Source: Deferribacterales bacterium (GTDB lineage: Bacteria; Chrysiogenota; Deferribacteres; Deferribacterales; Geovibrionaceae). From it: 64,000 nucleotides of DNA. Position numbers and translations under genes: made by a program. The stretch covers positions 170,068-234,067 of the forward strand of contig JBFWLW010000005.1 in assembly GCA_050251945.1 (NCBI GenBank), given 5' to 3'. Every line of letters starts with the position of its first letter. Position 1 is the stretch's first letter. The notes under the pieces were generated by a model. It was given only the letters and a program-made list of their open reading frames with translations, ran no database searches and was not told the DNA's origin. This document shows positions 10,475 through 18,549 of the stretch, one piece after another.

Positions 10475-11734
10475 TTATTTGTTCACCAGTATCTGAAATT
10501 TACGTTTACCGTGAGAGCTGTGTTTGCTGACTGAACCTGCTTCCTTGCGGTATTTTGCGAAGCGGGTGTTCAACTCGTCGGAAAATACTTTCATATCGTG
10601 TTCGCGCACAAAGTCCCATCCGAACCATTTCAGTTTTGTTCCCTGAGGCAGAACGTTCGGCACATCGGGGCATGTTGACGGGAATTTAGCGCCGGAAGAG
10701 ATGCCGCCCATTACGGAGCCTGTCATGAAGTCAGTCACAACCTTCATCTTTTCCTCTTTGCCGGCTTTCACCATCATATACATGGGGCTGACAAGGGCGC
10801 CCTCTTCGGGGAAGACGATTGATATGTGGTCGGTGTTGGGGCAGGTGTCTGCAAAGAACCACGCAAGAACGTAGATAGCCGTGCCCTCTTTCATACTGCT
10901 GCCTGCGGCTTTCGCCATCTGGGAAGCGTGCCATGTGTCCTTTATGTTGCCTGCCATGCTTTTAACGGCTTCTTCGCCGCCGTCCTTATAAATGTGCATA
11001 AGGAGGACTTCGTTTATTTCGTCTTCACTGCCGCTGACGATGATATTGTCCTTGTATATGGGGTTTGCAAGGTCAAGCCAACGCTGAGGAACAGGCAGGT
11101 TGCCGAGTTTTTTGTGGTCGATGAGCATGACATAAGCTGAGAACGAATAGACGGTGTAATGTTCCAGCGGATCCTTAAGGTCTTTGAATTCCTCGATGTA
11201 GGGTTTCGTTTCAACGGCTTTGAAAAGACCTGTGTCGAGGAAGCGTTCGCGGAAGGGTTTGCGCCAGTATGCGCCGAATCCCAGCGATGCTATCGCGTCG
11301 GGCAGGTCGTCTATGTTTTCCGTATCCCATATGTATTCATAGGGGTCGGGACCGCCGCAGCCCATGGGGACGAAGCTGATGAGCTTTTCGCCCGTTTTTT
11401 CGTAATGCCCGTTGAGTGTGCTTTCAAATGCCTCTTTGAAGAGGTGTTTGAAGGGGCAAACAACGTAGCCGAGGAAATCCGTGCGCACGGCAGGGGTTTC
11501 GTCTGTGTAGAGTATTTTGACCTGCGAACAGTTCTCTGCAGTTTCATTCAGCAGTTTAAGAAATATTCCGGGGTTCAGGCTGCGCAGTTTCATGAAAGAT
11601 TCAACTGTGAGCGCCGTCATAAAGACGTGGTTATTCTGCTCAACGGAGAGACCGTTGGCGATAAATATCGGTCTGGTATCAGGATAGGTTGAGATGACCT
11701 CTGAAAGGGTCATTTCGGTGGTGACAAGGGGCAT
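10475..11734 (-). CDS. ABC substrate-binding-like protein (Fe3+/spermidine SBP fold) with an N-terminal DUF1858-like domain and no signal peptide
   Basis: Start MPLVTTEMTLSEVISTYPDT after GGAGG. SBP-like motifs LPVPQRWLDLANPIYK and VFPEEGALVSP. No hydrophobic leader or lipobox. Confidence 0.75.
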   Translation of the reverse strand: MPLVTTEMTLSEVISTYPDTRPIFIANGLSVEQNNHVFMTALTVESFMKLRSLNPGIFLKLLNETAENCSQVKILYTDETPAVRTDFLGYVVCPFKHLFKEAFESTLNGHYEKTGEKLISFVPMGCGGPDPYEYIWDTENIDDLPDAIASLGFGAYWRKPFRERFLDTGLFKAVETKPYIEEFKDLKDPLEHYTVYSFSAYVMLIDHKKLGNLPVPQRWLDLANPIYKDNIIVSGSEDEINEVLLMHIYKDGGEEAVKSMAGNIKDTWHASQMAKAAGSSMKEGTAIYVLAWFFADTCPNTDHISIVFPEEGALVSPMYMMVKAGKEEKMKVVTDFMTGSVMGGISSGAKFPSTCPDVPNVLPQGTKLKWFGWDFVREHDMKVFSDELNTRFAKYRKEAGSVSKHSSHGKRKFQILVNK

Positions 11735-11936
11735 AATATTCCTCCGTAAGTCCGCACAAACGGACACGTTTGATTTCTTATATCCTTTCCCCACAAAAGA
11801 TATCTTATTAATATAGGCATAAGCCATGTTTAGCAAACACTTTTTTTCCCTGAAAAATCTGACGGAATCCTTACAAATTGCGGAAAGTTTTATGTCACTT
11901 CGGTTCTAGATTAGTAAAAAATAACGAGGTGACGAC

Positions 11937-12044
11937 ATGACCCTTATATTTTTTCTTGCCGCCGCCGGATATATAATATGGAGAACCGCCCGCATCGCCG
12001 AAAGACTCTTCGATGAGATAGCGGACACCGTAAAAGTTATCTGA
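11937..12044 (+). CDS. putative 35-aa single-TM small protein
   Basis: GAGGTG RBS 5 nt before ATG. Translation MTLIFFLAAAGYIIWRTARIAERLFDEIADTVKVI. Below the ORF-track size cutoff. Confidence 0.55.
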   Translation: MTLIFFLAAAGYIIWRTARIAERLFDEIADTVKVI

Positions 12045-12066
12045 AAAAGCCGCATCGACACAAAAG

Positions 12067-12098
12067 GTCTTTGCGAGGGCGTCTGTCCGAAGCGAACT
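12067..12098 (+). repeat. REP-like palindromic repeat unit (degenerate)
   Basis: GTCTTTGCGAGGGCGTCTGTCCGAAGCGAACT matches the family consensus. Confidence 0.65.
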
Positions 12099-12118
12099 GT
12101 TTTTATATGTAAAATCAT

Positions 12119-12148
12119 TTGACAGATTTGGTCTGAATATGCCAGAAT
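12119..12148 (+). promoter_or_regulatory. putative sigma70 promoter of the riboswitch-nrdD operon
   Basis: TTGACA-18 nt-CAGAAT with TG before the -10 element, immediately 5' of the riboswitch. Confidence 0.5.
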
Positions 12149-12154
12149 GATTCA

Positions 12155-12292
12155 TCGGGATTCAGGGAAGTCCGGTTAAAATCCGGCACTGCCCCCGCAA
12201 CTGTAATCCGGACGAAATCCTCATTTTAAGTCACTGCGAAAGCGGGAAGACGGAGGAGAGTAGGTTGATGGAAAGTCAGGATACCTGCCCCG
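12155..12292 (+). ncRNA. cobalamin (B12) riboswitch
   Basis: AGGGAAGTCCGGTTAAAATCCGGCACTGCCCCCGCAACTGTAA core, GTCACTG-CGAAAG-CGGGAAG and 3' AGTCAGGATACCTGCC B12-box. Confidence 0.92.
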
Positions 12293-12398
12293 TAGTAACC
12301 AGCGGAGGGATGGATGATCTTACATCATTCCATTAACACAAATCACACTTTATACGTCTCTGTTGTCATACCCTCCCGCTGTGTCCAGAGGAGGAAAT

Positions 12399-14450
12399 AT
12401 GATAGAAAAGGTAAGCAAACGCGACGGACGGTTCGTTTCGTTTGACGCGGAACGAATAGCCAACGCCATCTATAAGGCGGCGAAGGCTGTCGGCGGTACC
12501 GACAGGAATACGTCGTCTGCTCTGTCCATAAAAGTGTGCCGGAATATCACAGACAAATACGGTCAGTATGGCACAGTGTCCGTTGAAGAGATTCAGGACG
12601 AAGTGGAAAAGGTGCTGATCGAGCAGGGGCATGCGAAGACCGCGAAAGCCTACATCCTTTACAGGAAGCAGAGAGCCGAAATGCGCGATATCAAAGAGGC
12701 GTTCGGCGGGCTGGAATCCATCGTTGAGGAGTATCTGGGCGGAAGCGACTGGCGCGTTAACGAGAACAGCAACACGACCTATGCCCTGCAGGGACTCAAT
12801 AACTATATCTCGTCAAAGATTACGGCTAAATACTGGCTGAACAAGATATACCCGCAAAACGTCCAGCAGGCGCACGTTAATGGTGAATACCACATCCACG
12901 ACCTTGGTCTTTTGGCTGTGTACTGCTGCGGCTGGGACCTGAAAGACCTTCTTACACGCGGTTTCGGCGGCGTTCACGGAAAGGTGGAGAGCAAACCGCC
13001 CAAACATCTGCGTTCCGCCATGGGGCAGATAGTCAATTTCTTTTACACGCTTCAGGGCGAGGCGGCGGGTGCACAGGCTTTTTCCAACTTCGACACGCTC
13101 CTTGCCCCGTTTATAGCGTATGACAACCTGACTTATGCCGAAGTGAAACAGGCGATGCAGGAGTTCATATTCAATCTGAACGTGCCCACGCGCGTGGGAT
13201 TTCAGACTCCTTTCACCAACCTGACCATGGACTTATATGTTCCGAAGGCTTTCCGCAACGAAGCGGTGGTCATAGGCGGCGTTCCTCAGGAACGCACCTA
13301 CGGCGAGTTTCAGGACGAACTTTTCATGTTCAACCGCGCCTTCATTGAGGTTATGCAGGAGGGCGACGCGAAGGGCAGGGTATTCACTTTCCCGATCCCG
13401 ACTTACAACGTTGACAAGGATTTCGACTGGAGTAATCCCATTGTTACCGAGCTTATGAAGATCACCGCGAAATACGGCACTCCGTACTTTGCCAACTTCG
13501 TAAACAGTGACATGAGTCCTGACGACGCGAGAAGCATGTGCTGTCGTCTGAGACTGGACAACAGAGAGCTTCGCAAACGCGGCGGCGGTTTGTTCGGTGC
13601 TAATCCGCTGACGGGTTCCATTGGTGTCGTGACGATAAATCTGCCCAGAATAGGCTACACGTCGGGCAATGAAGCGGAATTTTTCAGCAAACTTTCAAAC
13701 CTTATGGAGCTTGCCAGAGAGGGTCTGAAGATAAAAAGAAAATCTCTGGAAAAGCTTACATCGAACGGTTTGTATCCTTACAGCAAATATTATCTGTCTG
13801 ATATTTACGAACGCAACGGGGAATACTGGAAGAATCATTTCAATACAATCGGTATAATCGGGATGAACGAATGTCTGCTGAATTTCCTCGGCGTTGGTAT
13901 CCTGAACCAGCAGGGACTTGAATTCTCCGTGAAGGTTCTGAATTTCATGCGTGACAAACTCGTCGATTTTCAGGATGAGGACGACATGCTGTACAACCTT
14001 GAGGCAACACCCGCCGAAGGAACTTCCTACAGGCTGGCGAAAAAAGATTTTGCAGACTTCGGCGATATAGTGACATCAGGATCGGCAGAGAGACCCTATT
14101 ACACCAACTCCACACAGCTTCCGGTGGAACAGACCAGAGATCTTTTCAAAGCTCTGTCCCATCAGGATAAATTGCAGCCGCTCTATACCGGAGGCACTGT
14201 ATTCCACGTCTTTCTCGGCGAGGCGGTGGACAGACCTGAGACCGTTTCAAAACTGCTGGAAAACATAACGCAGAGCTATGCAATGCCCTATATAACCATA
14301 ACGCCAACTTTTTCCGTATGTCCCATACATGGTTATATCAAAGGCGAGCATAAAGAATGTCCGCTTTGCGAAGAAGAAAAAAAACATGAGATAAGTCTTC
14401 AGATTGAAAGACTTAAGAACCAAATAGAACAGGAGGTATCTAATGGATAA
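12399..14450 (+). CDS. nrdD: class III (anaerobic) ribonucleoside-triphosphate reductase large subunit, lacking the glycyl-radical tail
   Basis: ATP cone (VSKRDGR), YCCGW, SMCCRL finger loop, LEATPAEGTSYRLA and Zn site CPIH...CPLC. No RxxGY motif before the stop. GGAGG RBS. Confidence 0.95.
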   Translation: MIEKVSKRDGRFVSFDAERIANAIYKAAKAVGGTDRNTSSALSIKVCRNITDKYGQYGTVSVEEIQDEVEKVLIEQGHAKTAKAYILYRKQRAEMRDIKEAFGGLESIVEEYLGGSDWRVNENSNTTYALQGLNNYISSKITAKYWLNKIYPQNVQQAHVNGEYHIHDLGLLAVYCCGWDLKDLLTRGFGGVHGKVESKPPKHLRSAMGQIVNFFYTLQGEAAGAQAFSNFDTLLAPFIAYDNLTYAEVKQAMQEFIFNLNVPTRVGFQTPFTNLTMDLYVPKAFRNEAVVIGGVPQERTYGEFQDELFMFNRAFIEVMQEGDAKGRVFTFPIPTYNVDKDFDWSNPIVTELMKITAKYGTPYFANFVNSDMSPDDARSMCCRLRLDNRELRKRGGGLFGANPLTGSIGVVTINLPRIGYTSGNEAEFFSKLSNLMELAREGLKIKRKSLEKLTSNGLYPYSKYYLSDIYERNGEYWKNHFNTIGIIGMNECLLNFLGVGILNQQGLEFSVKVLNFMRDKLVDFQDEDDMLYNLEATPAEGTSYRLAKKDFADFGDIVTSGSAERPYYTNSTQLPVEQTRDLFKALSHQDKLQPLYTGGTVFHVFLGEAVDRPETVSKLLENITQSYAMPYITITPTFSVCPIHGYIKGEHKECPLCEEEKKHEISLQIERLKNQIEQEVSNG

Positions 14451-14610
14451 GAAAGAAGAACTGCAAAAACTGGAAACTGAGCTGGACAGCGTGAAGGGTA
14501 CGCCCTGTGACGTTTACAGCCGCGTGGTAGGTTACCACAGCCCCGTTAAACAATGGAACGAGGGCAAGAAAGAGGAATTTGAACACAGAGAGACCTTTCA
14601 GGTTAAATAA
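14443..14610 (+). CDS. stand-alone NrdD glycyl-radical domain (55 aa)
   Basis: Not in the ORF track. AGGAGG RBS at 14431-14436. MDKKEELQKLETELDSVKGTPCDVYSRVVGYHSPVKQWNEGKKEEFEHRETFQVK matches the NrdD C-terminal motif (SRxxGY...WNxGKxxEF). Overlaps the nrdD stop and the nrdG start. Confidence 0.92.
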   Translation: MDKKEELQKLETELDSVKGTPCDVYSRVVGYHSPVKQWNEGKKEEFEHRETFQVK

Positions 14611-15287
14611 TGACAGAATATGACTTTTTTCTTGCAGATTATCAGCATGTGAGCCTGGTGGAATACCCGGGAAAAATCTCATCCATAGCTTTCACCCACG
14701 GGTGCAACATAAGATGCAGATATTGCCACAATCCTTCCCTTGCTGTCGGCAGAAAGGGGTCAAATAAGCTGGCTGATTTTCTTAACTACCTGAATGGTAA
14801 GGATATCGAGGCCGTCGCCGTAACAGGCGGCGAGCCTCTTTTTTCAAAAAATCTGCATCTGTTTCTTGAAGACCTTAAATTAAGAGGGCTTGCGGTGAAG
14901 CTGGACACCAACGGGTTTCTGCCTGTCAAATTGGCAAAAATACTTGACGCAGGACTCGCGGATTACGTCGCAGTTGATCTGAAATCTTTTTCACCGGAAG
15001 ACCTTAAGAGTATCGTAAGGACACCGCACAAACAGGATTCTTTCTATAAGACAGTTGAGGCGCTTAAGATATTCGGAGTACCCTTCGAGGTGCGGCATAC
15101 CATGTGGAAGATGCCCCTTGAGGCTGATGTCGCCGCTGTCGCTGAATATATCGGCGATGCGCCTTTTTATGTTCAGACGCTTCGGGATACGCGTATGCTG
15201 GATAAGTCTTTCAAACCGGAGATTTTTGACCGAAGCGGTGCAGTAAAGCTCATTGAAAAATATGTTAAGAACGTCAGAGTACGTTAA
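14610..15287 (+). CDS. nrdG: anaerobic RNR activating enzyme (radical SAM)
   Basis: Motifs GCNIRCRYCHNP, VTGGEP and KLDTNG. TAATG coupling to the upstream small ORF. Confidence 0.93.
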   Translation: MTEYDFFLADYQHVSLVEYPGKISSIAFTHGCNIRCRYCHNPSLAVGRKGSNKLADFLNYLNGKDIEAVAVTGGEPLFSKNLHLFLEDLKLRGLAVKLDTNGFLPVKLAKILDAGLADYVAVDLKSFSPEDLKSIVRTPHKQDSFYKTVEALKIFGVPFEVRHTMWKMPLEADVAAVAEYIGDAPFYVQTLRDTRMLDKSFKPEIFDRSGAVKLIEKYVKNVRVR

Positions 15288-15325
15288 GCCTGCTTTCTAC
15301 TCATCTTCGGTGCATTTCTCTCTTC

Positions 15326-15550
15326 CGTCTTTGCGAGGGCAAAGCCCGAAGCAATCTGAATCTTATGATACCATTCAACGCTGTATGATTATTGAAGATG
15401 GCAGATCGCGTCGTCATGTTATTCCTCGCGAAGACAGAAAACATGCGGCTCTGAGCTGAATTGAATCACCAACATCTAAACATAAAGTTTTTAAGACGAG
15501 CTTTCTTTTCTCACGTCTCAGCGAGCCGATGTAACCGGCGCGGCAGTCTC
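15326..15550. repeat. cluster of three REP-like palindromic units
   Basis: Forward unit 15326-15357 (CGTCTTTGCGAGGGCAAAGCCCGAAGCAATCT), reverse unit 15403-15436 and forward unit 15514-15550, between the convergent nrdG and dgt. Confidence 0.82.
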
Positions 15551-15557
15551 ATATTCA

Positions 15558-16832
15558 TTAAATTCCGGCTATCTGCTGTGCTGTTTCCGTTGCGTAATTG
15601 TCTGTCATACCTGAAATATAATCGGTCACTCTGTGCAGAGCCTCAAAAACGGTTTCGTCTTTTACGGGCGCGTGGTCGCCCATTATCTTTATGATATGCT
15701 GTGTTTTGTCGCTTGACTCAATTTTTGTAATGTGGTCGTATGCCGCCTCACAGAAGGTTTCCAGAAGTATCCCAAGGATATTATACGCTCCGACCTCAAG
15801 TACCAGCTTGCGCCTGTTATTGTAGATAAGCTCACTGCTGATTTTTTTTATTCCGGATACCTCTTCGCTGAAAGCCGACTTTTCAAGAAGGTTGTGTTTA
15901 TACGGGAGAGAGCCGTCTATTATTGCATCTTCGTTTTTGATAAATTCGCTGACAACGGCGTTGACACAGTTATTTATTGCGATAGCCCTGAGATATGCGA
16001 TTATTTCTTTGTCCGTTTTGCCTGAAAGTTTGTCGTCCGTTTTTTTGCATATGCTGTTGAGCAGTTCCTTTACTTCCGCAAACCGCAGAATGCCCATTTC
16101 GTATGCGTCTTCAAGGTCGATTATGCTGTAACAGATGTCGTCAGCCGCTTCGGAAAGATAGGCAAGGGGGTGGCGGCAGTAAATGCCGTCTGTGCCGTTC
16201 AGCCCTGTTTTTGCGGCGATATCGTCCAGTATCTCCCTTTCGCTGCTGAAACAGCAGAATTTTTTGATGTTTTCCTGATATATCCACGGGTATTTCATCA
16301 TAGCGGTTATGACGGCGTATGTAGGACGCAGTCCTCCGCTGTCTCTGTACATTGCTGTCCGCGTCATGATTCTGAATGCCTGAGCATTGCCCTCGAAATG
16401 TGTGAAATCATTTATTTGGGATTCGGATAAGGAATCGAAATATTTGCTGCCGCGTTCTTCAAACCATTTTCCGATGATGGTTTCGCCCATATGACCGAAG
16501 GGCGGGTTGCCTATGTCGTGTGCCAGACATGCCGCCTGAACTATCTGTCCGACGCGGTCTGATGTCATGTGCGGCGGAAGGTCTTTTATCTGCGCGCCGA
16601 CAAGGGTGCCGAGGCTTCTGCCAACGCATGAAACTTCGAGGCTGTGGGGGAGGCGGGAGTGTACGTTGTCGTTGCTGCGCATGGGGTGAACCTGTGTTTT
16701 GCGATCCAGTCTGCGGAAGGAGTCGGAGAAGATTATCCGGTCGAAATCTACGCTGAAAGGATTTCGCGCGTCGTCGAACTCCCTTTCGTTTTCGTTCAGT
16801 CTGTTATAGTTAAGCAGCTTGTTCCACTGCAT
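15558..16832 (-). CDS. dgt: deoxyguanosinetriphosphate triphosphohydrolase (HD family)
   Basis: Motifs FRRLDRKTQV, AHDIGNPPFGH, FEGNAQ, EAADDICY and DYISGMTD. Confidence 0.92.
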   Translation of the reverse strand: MQWNKLLNYNRLNENEREFDDARNPFSVDFDRIIFSDSFRRLDRKTQVHPMRSNDNVHSRLPHSLEVSCVGRSLGTLVGAQIKDLPPHMTSDRVGQIVQAACLAHDIGNPPFGHMGETIIGKWFEERGSKYFDSLSESQINDFTHFEGNAQAFRIMTRTAMYRDSGGLRPTYAVITAMMKYPWIYQENIKKFCCFSSEREILDDIAAKTGLNGTDGIYCRHPLAYLSEAADDICYSIIDLEDAYEMGILRFAEVKELLNSICKKTDDKLSGKTDKEIIAYLRAIAINNCVNAVVSEFIKNEDAIIDGSLPYKHNLLEKSAFSEEVSGIKKISSELIYNNRRKLVLEVGAYNILGILLETFCEAAYDHITKIESSDKTQHIIKIMGDHAPVKDETVFEALHRVTDYISGMTDNYATETAQQIAGI

Positions 16833-16835
16833 CTG

Positions 16836-18233
16836 TTATCCTGCTATAGCTTTAAACTCGGCATCGTTGGCAAAGCTTTCAAAGTCTTTATCAGTGCGGG
16901 CTTTTTTTGCGTAGTCAGGTGAAAGTTCGATAGCTTTTTTCAGGTTTTTCAGCGCGCCTTCGCGTTTGCCCAGAATTGCATACAGACAGGCGGCATTGTA
17001 CATGGATTCGTGTTTGTCGGGTTTTGCCGCGATGGCTTTTTCAAACGCCGCAAGTGCCTCTTCCTGTTTGTTCAGCCTGCCCAGAGCCAAGCCGAGGTTA
17101 TGGAGCGCCTCGTGGAAATCCGGTTTAAGGTCTGCCGCTTTCTGAAAAGCTTCCGCCGCTTTTTCCGTTTCGCCCGAAACAATGTAGGCGTGAGCCAGAT
17201 TGTTCCATACAGCCGCATCGTCCGGTTTTATAGATGCCGCTTTTTCAAGTGCAGATGCCGCTTCTGAGTATCTTCTCAGTTTAAGGCATGTGCTGCCGTA
17301 TGTTGACTGGAAAGTATCGTTTTCCGGTTCTATCATGCAGGCTTTCGCCAGATTTTCGGCAGCTAAGTCATATTTTTTATTCAGATAGGCTATGTAGCCT
17401 GTCATATACCATGCGGCGGCGAAATCGGAGTCGTCCTTTCTGATATGCTCGAAAAGGGTGTTCGCCTCTGTGTAATTCTTTTCATTAAGTCTTTCGACAC
17501 CGAGAAGATAAAGTTCTTCCGGAGAGAGTTTGCTTCCAGCTTTATCCAGAAACAGTATTTCGTCTGTTATTTCGGACAGGACGTTCTTCTGTACGCTGGT
17601 CAGTCTGACTGCTTTGTCTGCGTCGAACAGATAGCGGTTTTCGCCTATTTTAACGGCAAGTTTCGCGGCTACAGCGCCGACAGCAGTCAGTATGGGGTTT
17701 TCCGCGTCGTCCACGGAGGTCTGAACAGGTTTAAAACCCGATATCATCAGGCTCTGCGCTACGAATTTTTTTATGCTCACATAGCCCATTATCATTATTA
17801 CAGTGAATAGTACGAAGACCGCGAGAAGTCCGATAAGTACCTGATAGAATTCGTTTCTGTACCACTGCTCTTTTTTGTTGACCGCGGCGAGAACAAGCGT
17901 TACGTCGTTCTCAAGCTGTTTGCTGAGCTGGTCTATACGCGCGATAACCTCTTTGTTGTTTGAAGAGCGCGCTATTATTGAAAGTTTTTTACCTATTGAT
18001 TTTTCAAGTGCGACAACGCTTGTGTAGACGTCTGTATTCGCCATGTCAGGTTCTTCCGGCACAAGGTTTACGCCGGAATCTGGCATCTGAAACGCTGGTG
18101 TTTCAGGTTGTGCCGCTTTGTTGAGCTGAACAGGCAGTTCCGTGGGCTTTTTGCCGGTATAAAAATTGACTGAATACGAAACGGCAAGAGCCACTGTAAG
18201 TATGATAAGAATTAAAGTGAATATGTTTCTCAT
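16836..18233 (-). CDS. membrane-anchored tetratricopeptide repeat protein
   Basis: Two hydrophobic segments followed by about six TPRs (e.g. WNNLAHAY, LHNLGLAL, MYNAACLY). Confidence 0.85.
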   Translation of the reverse strand: MRNIFTLILIILTVALAVSYSVNFYTGKKPTELPVQLNKAAQPETPAFQMPDSGVNLVPEEPDMANTDVYTSVVALEKSIGKKLSIIARSSNNKEVIARIDQLSKQLENDVTLVLAAVNKKEQWYRNEFYQVLIGLLAVFVLFTVIMIMGYVSIKKFVAQSLMISGFKPVQTSVDDAENPILTAVGAVAAKLAVKIGENRYLFDADKAVRLTSVQKNVLSEITDEILFLDKAGSKLSPEELYLLGVERLNEKNYTEANTLFEHIRKDDSDFAAAWYMTGYIAYLNKKYDLAAENLAKACMIEPENDTFQSTYGSTCLKLRRYSEAASALEKAASIKPDDAAVWNNLAHAYIVSGETEKAAEAFQKAADLKPDFHEALHNLGLALGRLNKQEEALAAFEKAIAAKPDKHESMYNAACLYAILGKREGALKNLKKAIELSPDYAKKARTDKDFESFANDAEFKAIAG

Positions 18234-18338
18234 GGATGAATTTTAGCATCGGATTAAGTGTAGGTCTACAAAAATCTGCTGGGTTCGGTTCTATTCTAAT
18301 TTATTGACAACTGTGTATAAATGATGTAATTAGGTTTC

Positions 18339-18530
18339 ATGGAACTTCTTGAAAAACTGGATGTTTTAAGTAGTAAGATAGACAGTCTGGTGTCCGAGCT
18401 TAAAAGAGAAAAGGACAGATGTTCCCTCTTTGAGTCCGAGAATATCCGCCTGAAAGAGGAAAATCGTCAGCTTTCGGAACAGAAAGACGCCGTTCGCGAG
18501 CGTATAGAAAATCTGATCGGCAGACTATAA
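18339..18530 (+). CDS. zapB: ZapB-like coiled-coil cell division protein
   Basis: 63-aa coiled coil ending VRERIENLIGRL, directly upstream of zapA. Confidence 0.7.
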   Translation: MELLEKLDVLSSKIDSLVSELKREKDRCSLFESENIRLKEENRQLSEQKDAVRERIENLIGRL

Positions 18531-18549
18531 AAGCAATAGAGGTGCAAAA

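Noticed and set aside
11895..12155. Minus-strand ORFs of 86 and 70 aa
   Set aside because: They have no clear RBS or motifs and overlap a repeat, a promoter and a better-supported plus-strand small ORF.
14400..14470. Sequencing frameshift or programmed frameshift as the cause of the nrdD split
   Set aside because: The small ORF has a strong, correctly spaced RBS and coupled overlaps at both ends, there is extra helical sequence on both sides, and I see no obvious slippery site at the junction. Disfavoured, but not excluded without reads.
15326..15550. CRISPR array interpretation of the roughly 33-nt repeats
   Set aside because: Units are in mixed orientation, dispersed and variable in the middle, with no regular spacers or cas genes.
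15558..16832. dGTPase as an anti-phage defence system
   Set aside because: It sits in a housekeeping context with no defence or mobile genes nearby. It cannot be assigned to the defence clade without a phylogeny.
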